From Nitrospirota bacterium (lineage in GTDB: Bacteria > Nitrospirota > UBA9217), in assembly GCA_963790205.1 (NCBI GenBank), contig CAWBNQ010000003.1, positions 64,001-128,000 on the forward strand: a stretch of DNA of 64,000 nucleotides. The letters are read 5' to 3'. Both the position numbers and the translations under genes were made by a program. How positions within the stretch are numbered: the stretch's first letter is position 1; each line of letters begins with the position of its first letter. Of this stretch, positions 18,827-29,498 are shown piece by piece. Below the pieces are notes generated by a model, which was given only the letters and a program-made list of their open reading frames with translations, had not been told where the DNA came from and made no database searches.

Positions 18827-19753
18827 TCAGTGCGGCCTCCCGGGGTGAAACAACAGGTTCGGACCGCTTCGTGTCTTGCCCGCTTCGTTCATCAGCATGT
18901 CCAGGCCAAGAGCGGCCAGGTCGTCCGCCGTCGCTTCCATTTGCGGGTCTTTTCCCAGGTACAACAGTTTCAGGTAGGAGTTGCAGTCGTCGCAACTCTC
19001 GGCCTTGATCGCGCCGTTCGAGCCTTCCAGGATATGGTAGTCGATCCCCTGGGTGGATTCGCAGGTACTGCACTTGACCCGCACCATGTGCCACTGTGAG
19101 GAGCAGAGGGAGCAGGAAAGGTAACGCAGGCCCTGCTCTGCCCCGCCGCTCTTCACGATACCCACCGTCGGAGAGGAACCGCACACCGGGCATATCCCGC
19201 CCTGCTCCGATCTGCCGAACGTCTCTTCTCCCAAAGAGGACGTCATGTGCACCCAGTAGACCTGCAGGGCTGCGGCGACAAAGGGCAGCTCCTGAGGAGG
19301 AATATCGGCAAAATCTCCCGCTAATATGCTGTCTGCCGTCTCATCCAACCTGGTTTCACTCGCCTGCATCAAGCCGGCTACGGCCGCATTTGCGGCTGGT
19401 GGAAGAGCAACCTCTCTCATCTGCTGAAGAATCATTTTCAGCCCCGCCCGCCAGGCCGGGTTTCGGGGCCAGGACCGGGCGGCCAAAAGCGGCGTGCCAT
19501 ATTTGCGGCATGATGCCTGCTCCTTGGTATCGGGCAGGGGTATGGAGGGGAATCGGTTCAAGGCATCTTGCTGCGCGTTTGCAAGTTGCGCCAAAAAAGC
19601 CAGGTAATCTCCCAGGGGATGACCTTTGGACAGGAACCGCAGACGCTCGGCGCGGCATGCAAAAGTATTCCGTGAAGGGAGGAAGAGAAAACGGATCTCG
19701 CCCAGGGGTGTTTCCAACTGACCGGGCTCAAGGATGCGGACCTCTGTGTTCAT
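18827..19753 (-). CDS. fdhE: Formate dehydrogenase accessory protein FdhE
   Basis: Starts MNTEV (19753); CPVCGS, LRYLSCSLC..W..VRVKC..C, AESCDDCNSYLK, ADDLAALGLD. Confidence 0.92.
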   Translation of the reverse strand: MNTEVRILEPGQLETPLGEIRFLFLPSRNTFACRAERLRFLSKGHPLGDYLAFLAQLANAQQDALNRFPSIPLPDTKEQASCRKYGTPLLAARSWPRNPAWRAGLKMILQQMREVALPPAANAAVAGLMQASETRLDETADSILAGDFADIPPQELPFVAAALQVYWVHMTSSLGEETFGRSEQGGICPVCGSSPTVGIVKSGGAEQGLRYLSCSLCSSQWHMVRVKCSTCESTQGIDYHILEGSNGAIKAESCDDCNSYLKLLYLGKDPQMEATADDLAALGLDMLMNEAGKTRSGPNLLFHPGRPH

Positions 19754-20382
19754 TTGCCTCCTCCGGTCATCTCCCGGTACCATGCGGGGTGATGCTGTTT
19801 CGCCCAGGCGCGCCTGACCCGGCCGTACAGCATGGCCCCGATGCTCTCCTTCATCCAGATGGCGGCATAGATATGAAAGATGATCAGGGCGATCATGATC
19901 GCTGCTGCTGCGGCATGAACGACTGAGGCGAAGCGGATCAACCCAACCGGGAAGAGGAACGAGAAATAGGCGCGCCAGATGACGATGCCGGACAGGATGA
20001 GCAACGCCATGCATATGGCCAGCAGCCAGAACAGGAGTTTCTGACCGCCGTTGAACTTGCCCGCTTCCGGCATGTTCCGGTCATCGCCGCCGACCAATTG
20101 GCGGACACGGCTTAGCCATTCCCAGTCAGTCGGCGTCATGACATTCAGCTCCCGGTAATTGAAAAACTCTATGCCGAAAGAAACGGCCATCACCACCCCG
20201 AAGAAGGGATGAAGGATGCGGGTCCAGACGCCGCCGCCGAACAGCAGGGTCAGTGGGTAGTAGAGGGGCTGAAAGAAACTGAGCCCGGACAGCGCTGCCA
20301 GGAAAAAGAGTAATGCCGTCAGCCAGTGTTTGGCGCGCTCGAATGGTGTATATCGGAGTATTTTTTTCGGGTCATTTTTCAT
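19750..20382 (-). CDS. fdnI: Formate dehydrogenase gamma subunit (cytochrome b556)
   Basis: [30 protein letters not shown]; four TM segments. Confidence 0.92.
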   Translation of the reverse strand: MKNDPKKILRYTPFERAKHWLTALLFFLAALSGLSFFQPLYYPLTLLFGGGVWTRILHPFFGVVMAVSFGIEFFNYRELNVMTPTDWEWLSRVRQLVGGDDRNMPEAGKFNGGQKLLFWLLAICMALLILSGIVIWRAYFSFLFPVGLIRFASVVHAAAAAIMIALIIFHIYAAIWMKESIGAMLYGRVRRAWAKQHHPAWYREMTGGGK

Positions 20383-21253
20383 CTTTAAACTCCTTTTCGA
20401 TCTCGTCTGAGACCTCATTGGGACCCTTGGTTACATAATGGAGAGCAGCACCGAGGACGCCAAGGCCAAGGGCCAGAGAGGCAAGCGGCTTGGCGCCGTC
20501 TTTCCATAGGGATACCATCGCACTGATAGAGGGGTCCTTGGGAAGGCCGCTGTAGATTTCCGGCTTGTCGGCATGCTGAAGCACATACATCACATGCGTG
20601 CCGCCGACCCCTTGAGGGTTATAGATCCCTGCCTCGGCAAACCCCCGGCTCTTTAGGTCAGCGACCCGTCCGTCTGCGTGGTGGAGCATATCATCCTTGG
20701 TGCCGAACACGATCGCCCCGGTGGGGCAGGTCTTGACACAGGCCGGCTCCAGGCCCACGGCCACCCGGTCGGAGCAGAGGGTGCACTTGTAGACCTTGCT
20801 GTCCTTCTTCGACAGCCGGGGTATGTTGAACGGGCATCCGGTGATGCAGTAGCCGCAGCCGATGCAGTTCTCCTCGTGGAAATCCACGATGCCGTTGCTG
20901 TACTGCACGATGGCGCCGGGCGCCGGGCAGGCCTTGAGGCAGCCCGGTTCTGCGCAGTGCATGCAGCCGTCCTTGCGGATCAACCATTCCAGGCCCCGGT
21001 CGGTTTGCACTTCGGCATAGCGCATCACGGTCCAGGAGTTTTCGGTCAGGTCCATCGGGTTGTCGAGAACGCCATGGTTGGTGCCGATTGCGTCGCGGGT
21101 GTCGTTCCACTCCATGCACGCCGCCTGGCAGGCCTTGCAGCCGATGCATTTCGATACGTCGATCAGCTTCACCACCTCCGGGTCTTTGCGCTGGCTGGGC
21201 GAAGGGGTGGTAGTGGCCGAACGTCGGGTGATGTCAAGTGATTGCAGTGCCAT
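20372..21253 (-). CDS. fdnH: Formate dehydrogenase beta (4x[4Fe-4S]) subunit
   Basis: [46 protein letters not shown]-terminal TM. Confidence 0.94.
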   Translation of the reverse strand: MALQSLDITRRSATTTPSPSQRKDPEVVKLIDVSKCIGCKACQAACMEWNDTRDAIGTNHGVLDNPMDLTENSWTVMRYAEVQTDRGLEWLIRKDGCMHCAEPGCLKACPAPGAIVQYSNGIVDFHEENCIGCGYCITGCPFNIPRLSKKDSKVYKCTLCSDRVAVGLEPACVKTCPTGAIVFGTKDDMLHHADGRVADLKSRGFAEAGIYNPQGVGGTHVMYVLQHADKPEIYSGLPKDPSISAMVSLWKDGAKPLASLALGLGVLGAALHYVTKGPNEVSDEIEKEFKDEK

Positions 21254-21263
21254 GATCCACCTC

Positions 21264-24200
21264 CTATGCCTTCTCAATGTTGACGAGGAAAGACTTGAAC
21301 TCCGGTGTCTGGGTATTCGCATCGCCCACGAAAGGCGTCAGGGTGTTGGCCAGGTAACCGTTCTTGGCAATGCCCTTAAAACCCCAGTGGATCGGGATGC
21401 CCACGTGGTGCACGGTCTTGCCGTTCACCTGGAGCGGCTTGATGCGCTTGGTCACTACCGCCTTTGCCTTGATGAAGCCCCGGTTGGACCACACCTTGAC
21501 CATGTCGCCTGCCTTGATGCCCTTCTCTTTGGCTAGTTCCTCGCCGAGCTCCACGAATTGCTCCGGCTGCAGGACGGAGGCGATGCGGGTGTGCTTGGTC
21601 CAGAAGTGGAAGTGCTCCGTCACGCGGTAGGAGGTGCCGGCGTAGGGAAAGTCCTTGCTCTTGCCGAAGGCCGACCGATCGTCCGGGAACACGCGCGCCG
21701 CCGGGTTGCTGATCACCTTCGGGTGCAGCGGGTTGGTGTCGATCGGCGTCTCGAAAGGCTCGTAGTGCTCGGGGAAAGGACCTTCCGCCATTTTGTCCAG
21801 GGCGAACAGCCGCCCCACGCCTTCCGGCTGCATGATGAAGGGGTTCATGCCTTCACTCGGAGCGGAATCGGGTTTGAAGTCCGGCACGTCCACGCCGGTC
21901 CACGCGGTCCCGTTCCAGCTGATCAGCTTTCGTTTCGGGTCCCAAGGCTTCCCCGACGGATCGCAGGACGCGCGGTTGTAGAGGATGCGCCGGTTGGCAG
22001 GCCAGGAGAACGCCCAGTTGAGCGTGTTGCCGAGGCCCGACGGATCGTAATTGTCCCGCCGCGCCATCATGTTGCCCTTTTCCGTCCACGAGCCCGAGAA
22101 GATCCAGCAGCCGCAGCTCGTGGAGCCGTCGTCCTTGAGCTGGGCAAAGCCGTCGAGCTGCTGGCCTTTTTTCAGGATGACCTTGGTCTTCTCCTTGGGG
22201 TCATGCAGGTCCGCAAGGGCCTTGCCGTTGTACTCCATCGCCAGTTCCTCGGGCGAAGGCGCATGGGGAATCTTGTAATCCCACGTAAGGTTCAGGATCG
22301 GGTCGGGGAAAGCGCCTTTCTCCTTCTGGTACAGCTCCCGCAGCTTGAGGAAGATGCCGGCGATGATGTCCGCGTCGGGCTTTGCGTCCCCGGGCGGATT
22401 GGCGCCCTTGTAGTGCCACTGCAGCCAGCGGCCGCTGTTCGTGAGCGACCCGTTCTCCTCGGCGAAGCAGGTCGAGGGGAGGCGGAAAACTTCGGTCTGG
22501 ATCTTCGAGGGGTCCACGTCGTTGTATTCGCCGTGGTTCTCCCAGAAGCAGGAAGTTTCCGTTGCGAGAGGATCGATCACAACCAGATATTTGAGTTTGG
22601 ACAGACCGTCTATCAGCTTGGCCTTGTTCGGGATCGAGGCCAGGGGGTTGAAGCCCTGGCAGAAGTAGCCGTTCAGCTTGCCCTGGTGCATCAGTTCGAA
22701 CACCTGGAGCACGTCATATATCTTGTCCAGCTTGGGCAGCCAGTCAAAGCACCAGTTGTTCTCCTTCGTGGCGGCCTTGCCGAACCAGGCCTTCATCAGG
22801 CTGACATGGAACTTGGCGTAGTTCTGCCAATAGTCCAACTGGCCGGGCCGCAGGGGTTTGAGTGCCCGCGAGCCGATGTACGCCTTGTAGTCGGTCTCCT
22901 TGTCGCCCGGCAGGGTCATGTAGCCGGGCAGGAGGTTGGACAAAAGCCCCAGGTCGGTGAGCCCCTGGATGTTCGAGTGGCCCCGCAGGGCATTCACGCC
23001 GCCCCCTGCCATGCCCACGTTGCCCAGGAGAAGCTGCACCATGGCAGCGGTACGGATCATCTGCGATCCCACCGAATGCTGGGTCCAGCCCAGGGCGTAC
23101 ATGAAGGTGGTGGTGCGGTCAGGTACCGAGGTCGTCGCAATGATCTCGCACACCTTGAGGAATGTCTCCTTAGGAGTGCCGCAGATGTTGCTCACCACCT
23201 CAGGAGTGTAACGAGAGTAGTGCTTTTTGAGAAGCTGCAGCACAGAGCGGGGGTGTTGCATGGTCGCGTCGATCTTGGCGTATCCGTCCGATCCGAGCTC
23301 ATAGCCCCAGGTCGATTTGTCGTACGTGCGCTTGGCATCATCGTAGCCCGAGAACAGGCCGTCCTCGAATTTATAGCCTTCCTTGATGATGAAGGGCGCG
23401 TTGGTGTAGGCCTTGACGTATTCGTGCTGGATTTTGTCGTGGGAGAGCAGGTAATTGATCACCCCGCCCAGGAAGGCGATGTCCGTGCCGGTGCGCAGGG
23501 GCGCATAAAGGTCCGCCACCGATGCCGAGCGGGTGAAGCGGGGATCGATCACGATGAACGTCGCTTTATTATGCGCTTTTGCCTCGGTAACCCATTTGAA
23601 CCCGCAGGGGTGGGCCTCGGCGGCGTTCCCACCCATGACGATGATGACGTTGGCGTTCTTGATGTCAACCCAGTGGTTGGTCATCGCGCCGCGGCCGAAC
23701 GTAGGGGCCAGACTGGCCACCGTGGGGCCGTGTCAGACGCGCGCCTGATTGTCGAAGGCCAGGATGCCGGTGCTGCGGACCGCCTTGTGGGTGATGTAGC
23801 CTGATTCGTTGCTGGACGCGGAGGCTGCCAAAAAGCCGGTGCTCAGCCAGCGGTTGACCGTGGCGCCGGCCGCGTTCTTTTTTATGAAGTTCTTGTCCCG
23901 GTCGTCCTTCATCAGCCGGGCGATCTTTGTAAACGCCTCGTCCCAGGAAATGCGCTTCCATTCATTGGAGCCCGGCGCTCGATACTCCGGGTACTTGAGC
24001 CGGTTGGGGCTGTGGATGAAGTCCACCAGGGAGGCGCCTTTCGGGCAGAGGGTGCCGCGGTTCACCGGATGGTCCGGGTCGCCCTCAATGTGGAAGATGG
24101 ACAGCTCTGCGTTTTTCGCCTTGTCGCCCAGGCTGTGCATGATCAAGCCGCAGCTCACCGAGCAGTAAGGGCAGGTATTGCGGGTCTCGGTGCTGCCAAT

Positions 24201-24320
24201 CAGCTTGAACTCGCGCACCTCTGCCAGCGCCTCGCCGGGCGAAAAGCCGAGGGCCGCGACGCTGGAAGCCCCCAGTCCGCCGACGGAAATCTTGAAAAAC
24301 TGTCTCCGTGTCACGCGCAT
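21264..24320 (-). CDS. fdnG: Selenocysteine-containing formate dehydrogenase alpha subunit, Tat-exported
   Basis: Tat signal [15 protein letters not shown]; in-frame TGA at 23733-23735 in [26 protein letters not shown] joins the two listed ORFs; LRGHSNIQG. Confidence 0.95.
23704..23721 (-). promoter_or_regulatory. Bacterial SECIS hairpin
   Basis: Begins 11 nt after UGA: GG-(bulged U)-GGCCAG-U-CUGGCC-CC, same layout as the E. coli fdhF-type SECIS. Confidence 0.85.
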
Positions 24321-24864
24321 TTTTATACCTCCATGGTTTGCACAGGCATAGATGGCAATGTAATGCAGACTTTCGGCGACTGCTTACCGGTCTTGAGCGG
24401 GTTTTGCCCGCGCCGCAACCAGGGTCCGCGCCCAGGCTTACGGCCTCAGCGACAACACCGTGCTGAACGGACCCATTAATAAAAAAGGCTGATGCGGAAA
24501 GTCTAGCGCGACTGTTATGCCTTGTCAAATACTGCGATCTATTTATATCTTACTAAAGTGTTAATTATATGCGTTGGACTTTTTTTGATGGGGGCGATGG
24601 GCAGAGGTTGCCAGCTTATTGAATACGTTAAAAAAACCTGCGCTCCATCCCGTGTTCGGGATGACCTCCGGCCGCACGTCCCAGGTCGAAGAAAGACTGT
24701 GGAGGCTGTGTGTGTCTTTCTGTATTGAGAAGCCTTTTGATCTCTGCGAGGTCGCGTACAGGATCTTCAAATAACATCATCTTGCCGGGTTGCTTACTGC
24801 GCGGACAGGTTTGAGCAATTTTCTCTGATGGAGTAAAGTCCGGGCAGGTCAAGGGGCGCGGGAG

Positions 24865-24900
24865 AAAAGAAAAGCAGGCCCTGGTAAAGCAGGGCCTGCT
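24865..24900 (-). terminator. Rho-independent terminator after csp
   Basis: 11-bp stem AGCAGGCCCTG/CAGGGCCTGCT followed by a T-rich tract on the minus strand. Confidence 0.8.
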
Positions 24901-24924
24901 CATGAGGTTTAGGCTTAGATACGT

Positions 24925-25125
24925 TTAGAGCTTTACGACGTTGGCTGCCTTGGGGCCCTTGGGCGAGTCGACAACGTCGAACTGCACTTGCTGGCCTTCG
25001 GCCAATGACTTGAAGCCGCTGTCCTGTATGTCGCCGAAATGGACGAATACATCTCCGCCATTTTCACGGGTAATGAATCCAAAACCTTTGGAATCATTGA
25101 ACCATTTCACAGTGCCTGTTTCCAT
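24925..25125 (-). CDS. Cold-shock protein (CspA family)
   Basis: [42 protein letters not shown]. Confidence 0.96.
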   Translation of the reverse strand: METGTVKWFNDSKGFGFITRENGGDVFVHFGDIQDSGFKSLAEGQQVQFDVVDSPKGPKAANVVKL

Positions 25126-25445
25126 GATGAGCTACCTCCTTCTTGTGAATTGAAGCTGACGGAAAGGACAAAAAAAATCCGCAAAGCCTAACATGTCTTT
25201 GCGGTCACCCTACAAATACATCCGGAACTTCTGGAAAACATAATCGCACGTTGGCGCCGGGAAGTCAAGCATTATTTTTTAAAAAAGCGGCAGGTTCACG
25301 GACCTGTACGCGCGCCTCGGACCCGGGGCGGCGAAAAAGACTGTGCGCTCTTGTCCGCTCCGGTCATTTAGGCGTATACATCGTACGGACATCCCGGTAT
25401 AATGGAGTTGCTGAACAAATATCTTCGCTTGAGAGGAGCAACCCG

Positions 25446-25601
25446 TTGGGAAAACCGAATTTCAGTTTCCAAAAGCACCAGAAAGAAATGGCAAAGAAAA
25501 AAAAGAACGAGGAAAAAAAACAGCGCAAGCTGGAAAAGAATACGGTCCAGACCGCGGAGGGACCGGCCCGGCCAGCTGACGACGGGGGAGAGGCCAAATA
25601 A
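25446..25601 (+). CDS. Small Lys-rich hypothetical protein (51 aa)
   Basis: SD GAGGAG, TTG start, MGKPNFSFQKHQKEMAKKKKNEEKKQRK; TATAAT at 25398. Confidence 0.7.
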   Translation: MGKPNFSFQKHQKEMAKKKKNEEKKQRKLEKNTVQTAEGPARPADDGGEAK

Positions 25602-25861
25602 ATACCCCTGCCCGGCGCGCCTTCTGTCCTGTCCCAAGCCCGCAAAAAAAACAAAGGGAGCGGACCCGACCCCGTTGTTATTCTCCGCCGTTGCATGGAC
25701 CGCCCCTGGCCGGACGGGTTTCGGGTAAATATCATCCTTCCTCCTAAAGTATTTGTCTTGGCAAACCGTAACCGGACGCCCCTTGATTTACGGGGCTTTC
25801 AGTTGTAAAATATGGATAGAAGAGAAAGAAAAAAAAGAAGGAGTATATGAAGGAGTATATT

Positions 25862-27160
25862 ATGAGAAAGAGGCTGTCCATAATGCTGGCGGCCGGCTTA
25901 CTCCTCTATCCTTTCGCGGCCTTTGCTGCAGACTACGGATCGCAACCATCGCAAACCCAACAAACTCCTCCGGTAGCCCAACCACTGGTACGTGAAGGCG
26001 ATTTTGCAGTCAAGCTGGCAGCCACACTTGATTTAGGCACTCCGACCGACGAAGCGGTTGCCGAGGACATGCTGACCAGGGCAGGGGTCGCCCCGCTGAA
26101 CGGGTGGCTCTCGGACTACCCGATGACGCCCGAGATCGCGGGACAGCTTCATGACTCGATTGCTAAGGCCGCAGGAAAGGGCAAGCTGCCGATGACCTCG
26201 GAAGAGGCGATACGGGGGCTTGATTATCTGACCGCGAAGATGAACCTGCCGACACCGGCGGGCCCGGGGACCGAGGCGGCTGAAGGGACGACGCCCCAGG
26301 CCGATCAATCCAACCCGACGGTCATCAACAACTACTACTATGACGAGGGCGCCCCGGTCATCACCTACTATCCGCCTCCCTATGATTATTTTTACCTCTA
26401 TGACTGGGTGCCCTATCCGGTCTGGTGGTTCGGCTTCTGGTTCCCGGGCTTCTACATTTGCCACGATTTCACCACCACGGTGGTCGTGAGCAACCCCGTC
26501 TTCGTGAACAGGACGTTCGTGAACAGAACTGCCGTCGTGAGCAACCACGTGATCGATCCGGTCACGAGGACCGTTGTACGGGTCGACCCGGTCGGAAGAA
26601 CGGGCGCGCGTAACGGGAAGCCCGTGACCATGCTCCGGACCGAGGGCGGAAGGACTTTCACGACCCTTAGGGAGTTGAGAAGGGTCGCCGCCGTTACCGG
26701 CCTGAACGCCGGGAGGCCGGGAAGTTTCGCGAGGGGCACGCTCCGGACCGAAGGATTCAATTCTCCTGCCGCCAGGAAGAGCGCGGAAGCCATCTACTCA
26801 AGGAGCATTGCCGGCGCGAGGTACGGCCGAAGGACCGAAGGGAGCTCATACCGCGGAGGAGGTCGTCGGACCGCCATCTCCGGCAGGCCGTACGGATCTC
26901 CGGCAACAACGAGGAGAAACAATGGATCCTTCAAGCCGTACGAAGGCCAAGGCAGGCCCGGAAGAACATATAATTATAACGGATATAACGGACCGGTCAG
27001 GGGCAATGAAAGACGGTATGCCGCGCCAGGCCCATCGGCAAGGCAGTACAGCGGCCCCCTGATGAGGGGCGGTTTTCAATCCATGAGGCCGATGTCCGGC
27101 AGCGGACGGCAAGGGGGCGGAAGTTACGGTCGAACCTACGCCTATCCGAGGCGGCAGTGA
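25862..27160 (+). CDS. Secreted hypothetical protein: SLH-like N-domain, aromatic YPPPY/WWFGFWF segment, Arg/Gly-rich tail
   Basis: Signal peptide ending AFA; SD AAGGAG; long ORF. Confidence 0.75.
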   Translation: MRKRLSIMLAAGLLLYPFAAFAADYGSQPSQTQQTPPVAQPLVREGDFAVKLAATLDLGTPTDEAVAEDMLTRAGVAPLNGWLSDYPMTPEIAGQLHDSIAKAAGKGKLPMTSEEAIRGLDYLTAKMNLPTPAGPGTEAAEGTTPQADQSNPTVINNYYYDEGAPVITYYPPPYDYFYLYDWVPYPVWWFGFWFPGFYICHDFTTTVVVSNPVFVNRTFVNRTAVVSNHVIDPVTRTVVRVDPVGRTGARNGKPVTMLRTEGGRTFTTLRELRRVAAVTGLNAGRPGSFARGTLRTEGFNSPAARKSAEAIYSRSIAGARYGRRTEGSSYRGGGRRTAISGRPYGSPATTRRNNGSFKPYEGQGRPGRTYNYNGYNGPVRGNERRYAAPGPSARQYSGPLMRGGFQSMRPMSGSGRQGGGSYGRTYAYPRRQ

Positions 27161-27408
27161 GAGAGGTAATTGCGGCCGCAGCGTAAGGTTGGCGCCATAC
27201 AAGGCCACGGAGCATCGCGGGCGGAGCAAAGCAGTCGTTATTTTTTCGAGCGGAAAAGAACGATCGCTCGGCCGCTCCGCTCCTCGCGATGTGTTTATCG
27301 CGTTTTCAGGCATCGTTGCATTTCGCCGGTTTTCGGCAAAGGGACCCTTCCGGGCGTTGATTAAATTCTCCTACTACACCCTCTATCATATATCCGTAAT
27401 GTCAAGAA

Positions 27409-27547
27409 TTAACGGGCTGTTGCCCAAACTATTTTTTGTCACCCTGAGCAAAGTGAAGGGTCTGCAATCATATTGTAAATGCGAGATTCTTCGCTGCGCT
27501 CAGAATGACATTTTGGGCGCAAAGTGATTTGGGCAACAGCCCGTTAA
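27409..27547. mobile_element. MITE with perfect terminal inverted repeats and TTAA ends
   Basis: TTAACGGGCTGTTGCCCAAA (27409-27428) and TTTGGGCAACAGCCCGTTAA (27528-27547) are exact reverse complements; interior is a REP-like palindrome. Confidence 0.8.
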
Positions 27548-27992
27548 CCACAGACCACAGAGAAGGTCCTGAATGTATGGGGGTAACTTCCTCTGTGTCC
27601 TCCCTCCCCCTCAGCGTTTATTACCAGCTCCGTTTGTTTTGTCTTGTCAGTTAAACCATGAGAACACAGAGCATCTTATTGATAAATAAATTCAAAGTGC
27701 TTGGGCTTTACCCAGGCGTTACTCGGTGCCCTCTGTGGTTTGATGCTTTGCCTCTCTTCTTTCATGAAACTTTTGACAGTACCCACATATCACAACAGAC
27801 CACACCACGAAGAGAGGGAAATTCGCGGCCGGCCCTTAACTCGAAGAATACAATAATGCGCGTTGTACGTTATAATTATAGGCAGGAGCGACCTTTGGAA
27901 GCGGCGCCGGCGTTTAAGCTCCTGCCGCGCACGCCCAGGCGCATGCGACGTGAGGCGGCGTAAGCTCAGGAGCCGTAGTGCGGGGAAGCGTC

Positions 27993-28943
27993 ATGGGACA
28001 GACGGAAACCTATGAAGTAATCATTGCGGGAGGAGGGCCTGCAGGGCTCACCGCGGGACTGTATTGCAAAAGGGCCGGCTTGAAAACAATCCTCTTTGAG
28101 AAAGGATTGATCGGCGGCCAGATCGCCATTTCAAAAGAGGTGGAGAACTACCCGGGTGTTGAGGGCATTACCGGCTTCGACCTGGCTGAGAAACTGATCC
28201 ATCATGCCCGGTCCTTCAACCTGCACGTTGTCCCGCGGGGCGTTTCGAAGATAACCGTGGGGTCCGATCTTCACTCGGTCCTGCTTGCCGACGGCGAGCT
28301 GCTCCAGACCGTTGCCCTGATCCTCGCCGTCGGCGGGACCGCGCGAAAGCTCGGCGTCCCCGGGGAAGCGGAATACCTCGGCATGGGCGTTTCCTACTGC
28401 GGCACCTGCGACGGGTTCTTCTTCAGGGACAAGACCGTCGTTGTCGTCGGAGGGGGAGACACGGCCGTGGAGGAGGCGCTCTATCTCTCGCGGCTGGCTG
28501 GCAAGGTCACTCTCGTGCACAGAAGGGATGCCTTGCGGGCAAGCAAAATACTCCAAAGCCGTCTTATGAACGAGCCGCGGATCAACGTGGTCTGGAACAG
28601 CGTTATTACGGAGATCAAGGGAGACGCGAGAGCGGTCCGCGCCGTTTCCGTGGAAAATACCGGGACCGGGAAACGGGGAGAAATACCGACGGACGGCGTT
28701 TTTATTTTTCTCGGCTATGTTCCCGATAACCGATTGGTCCCTCCCGCGGTGCGGACGAACGAACTGGGCTTCGTCATCACCAACGAGATGTGCGAGACGA
28801 GCGTTCCGGGCATCTTCGCGGCCGGCGATCTGCGGCAAAAGTTTGCCAACCAGATCGTGGTGGCGGCCGCGGACGGTTGTATCGCCGCACTGGGCGCCGC
28901 GCGGTACGTCGAGGTGCAGAAAGCCGGGGCCCGCGTGGTGTGA
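27993..28943 (+). CDS. trxB: Thioredoxin-disulfide reductase
   Basis: GGGPAGLTAG, VENYPG, GVSYCGTCDG, VGGGDTAVEEA, HRRD, GIFAAGD. Confidence 0.94.
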   Translation: MGQTETYEVIIAGGGPAGLTAGLYCKRAGLKTILFEKGLIGGQIAISKEVENYPGVEGITGFDLAEKLIHHARSFNLHVVPRGVSKITVGSDLHSVLLADGELLQTVALILAVGGTARKLGVPGEAEYLGMGVSYCGTCDGFFFRDKTVVVVGGGDTAVEEALYLSRLAGKVTLVHRRDALRASKILQSRLMNEPRINVVWNSVITEIKGDARAVRAVSVENTGTGKRGEIPTDGVFIFLGYVPDNRLVPPAVRTNELGFVITNEMCETSVPGIFAAGDLRQKFANQIVVAAADGCIAALGAARYVEVQKAGARVV

Positions 28944-29184
28944 TGAGGAGAACGCCCGGAGTGAGGCGTGATATGACGAAAGATGACTATCCGCATTGAT
29001 GCAGGATACCGTGTAAATCCAAGCCCTCTCCCTCGTTTTAGATCCCCTTGATCAAACGGCTGAACCTAGAAACGGCATTTGACACATATCAATTCATTGT
29101 GACATTTATCGACAAGAAGCCGGGAAAAAAGCGAGGACGACACCAGGGCATCTGGTGCAGGGCTCGCGATATCCACTATTGCTA

Positions 29185-29224
29185 TTGATAATTGCCAATT
29201 GGAATGATATAATGGCAATTATCA
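29185..29224 (+). promoter_or_regulatory. Sigma70 promoter overlapped by a 12-bp inverted-repeat operator
   Basis: TTGATA-17-TATAAT; TGATAATTGCCA (29186) / TGGCAATTATCA (29213). Confidence 0.8.
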
Positions 29225-29234
29225 GGAGGTTGGC

Positions 29235-29498
29235 ATGAAAACAACGCTGGACCGTTTCGGAAGAGTAGTGGTACCCAAGGACATCAGGGACCGGCTGGGA
29301 CTGCGTCCGGGGGTAGAGATCGAGATAGACGAAAAAGAGAATGAAGTCGTACTGAAGCTCGTTGATCACGAACCCTCGCTCATGGTGAAAGGGGGCCTCC
29401 TTGTTTATTCCGGGAAAGCGATCGGAGACTTAAGGGGGGCTGTCAGCGCTCATCGTGACGAGCGGCTTCGCAAAGTCGCGTCCGGGAAGAAATCATGA
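29235..29498 (+). CDS. vapB: AbrB/MazE-type antitoxin (VapB)
   Basis: LDRFGRVVVPKDIRDRLGLRPG; SD AGGAGG; ATGA overlap with the PIN gene. Confidence 0.9.
   Translation: MKTTLDRFGRVVVPKDIRDRLGLRPGVEIEIDEKENEVVLKLVDHEPSLMVKGGLLVYSGKAIGDLRGAVSAHRDERLRKVASGKKS

Noticed and set aside
21558..23804. 748-aa plus-strand ORF and other long antisense ORFs (30300-32336, 49691-51337, 55302-57263, 41655-43217)
   Set aside because: Shadows of real GC-rich genes on the opposite strand, with no recognisable motifs.
24628..24800. LFEDPVRDLAEIKRLL resembling a methyltransferase helix
   Set aside because: Too short to support a pseudogene call.
27881..27926. GGCAGGAGC/GCTCCTGCC hairpin in the trxB leader
   Set aside because: A single stem with no match to a known RNA motif.
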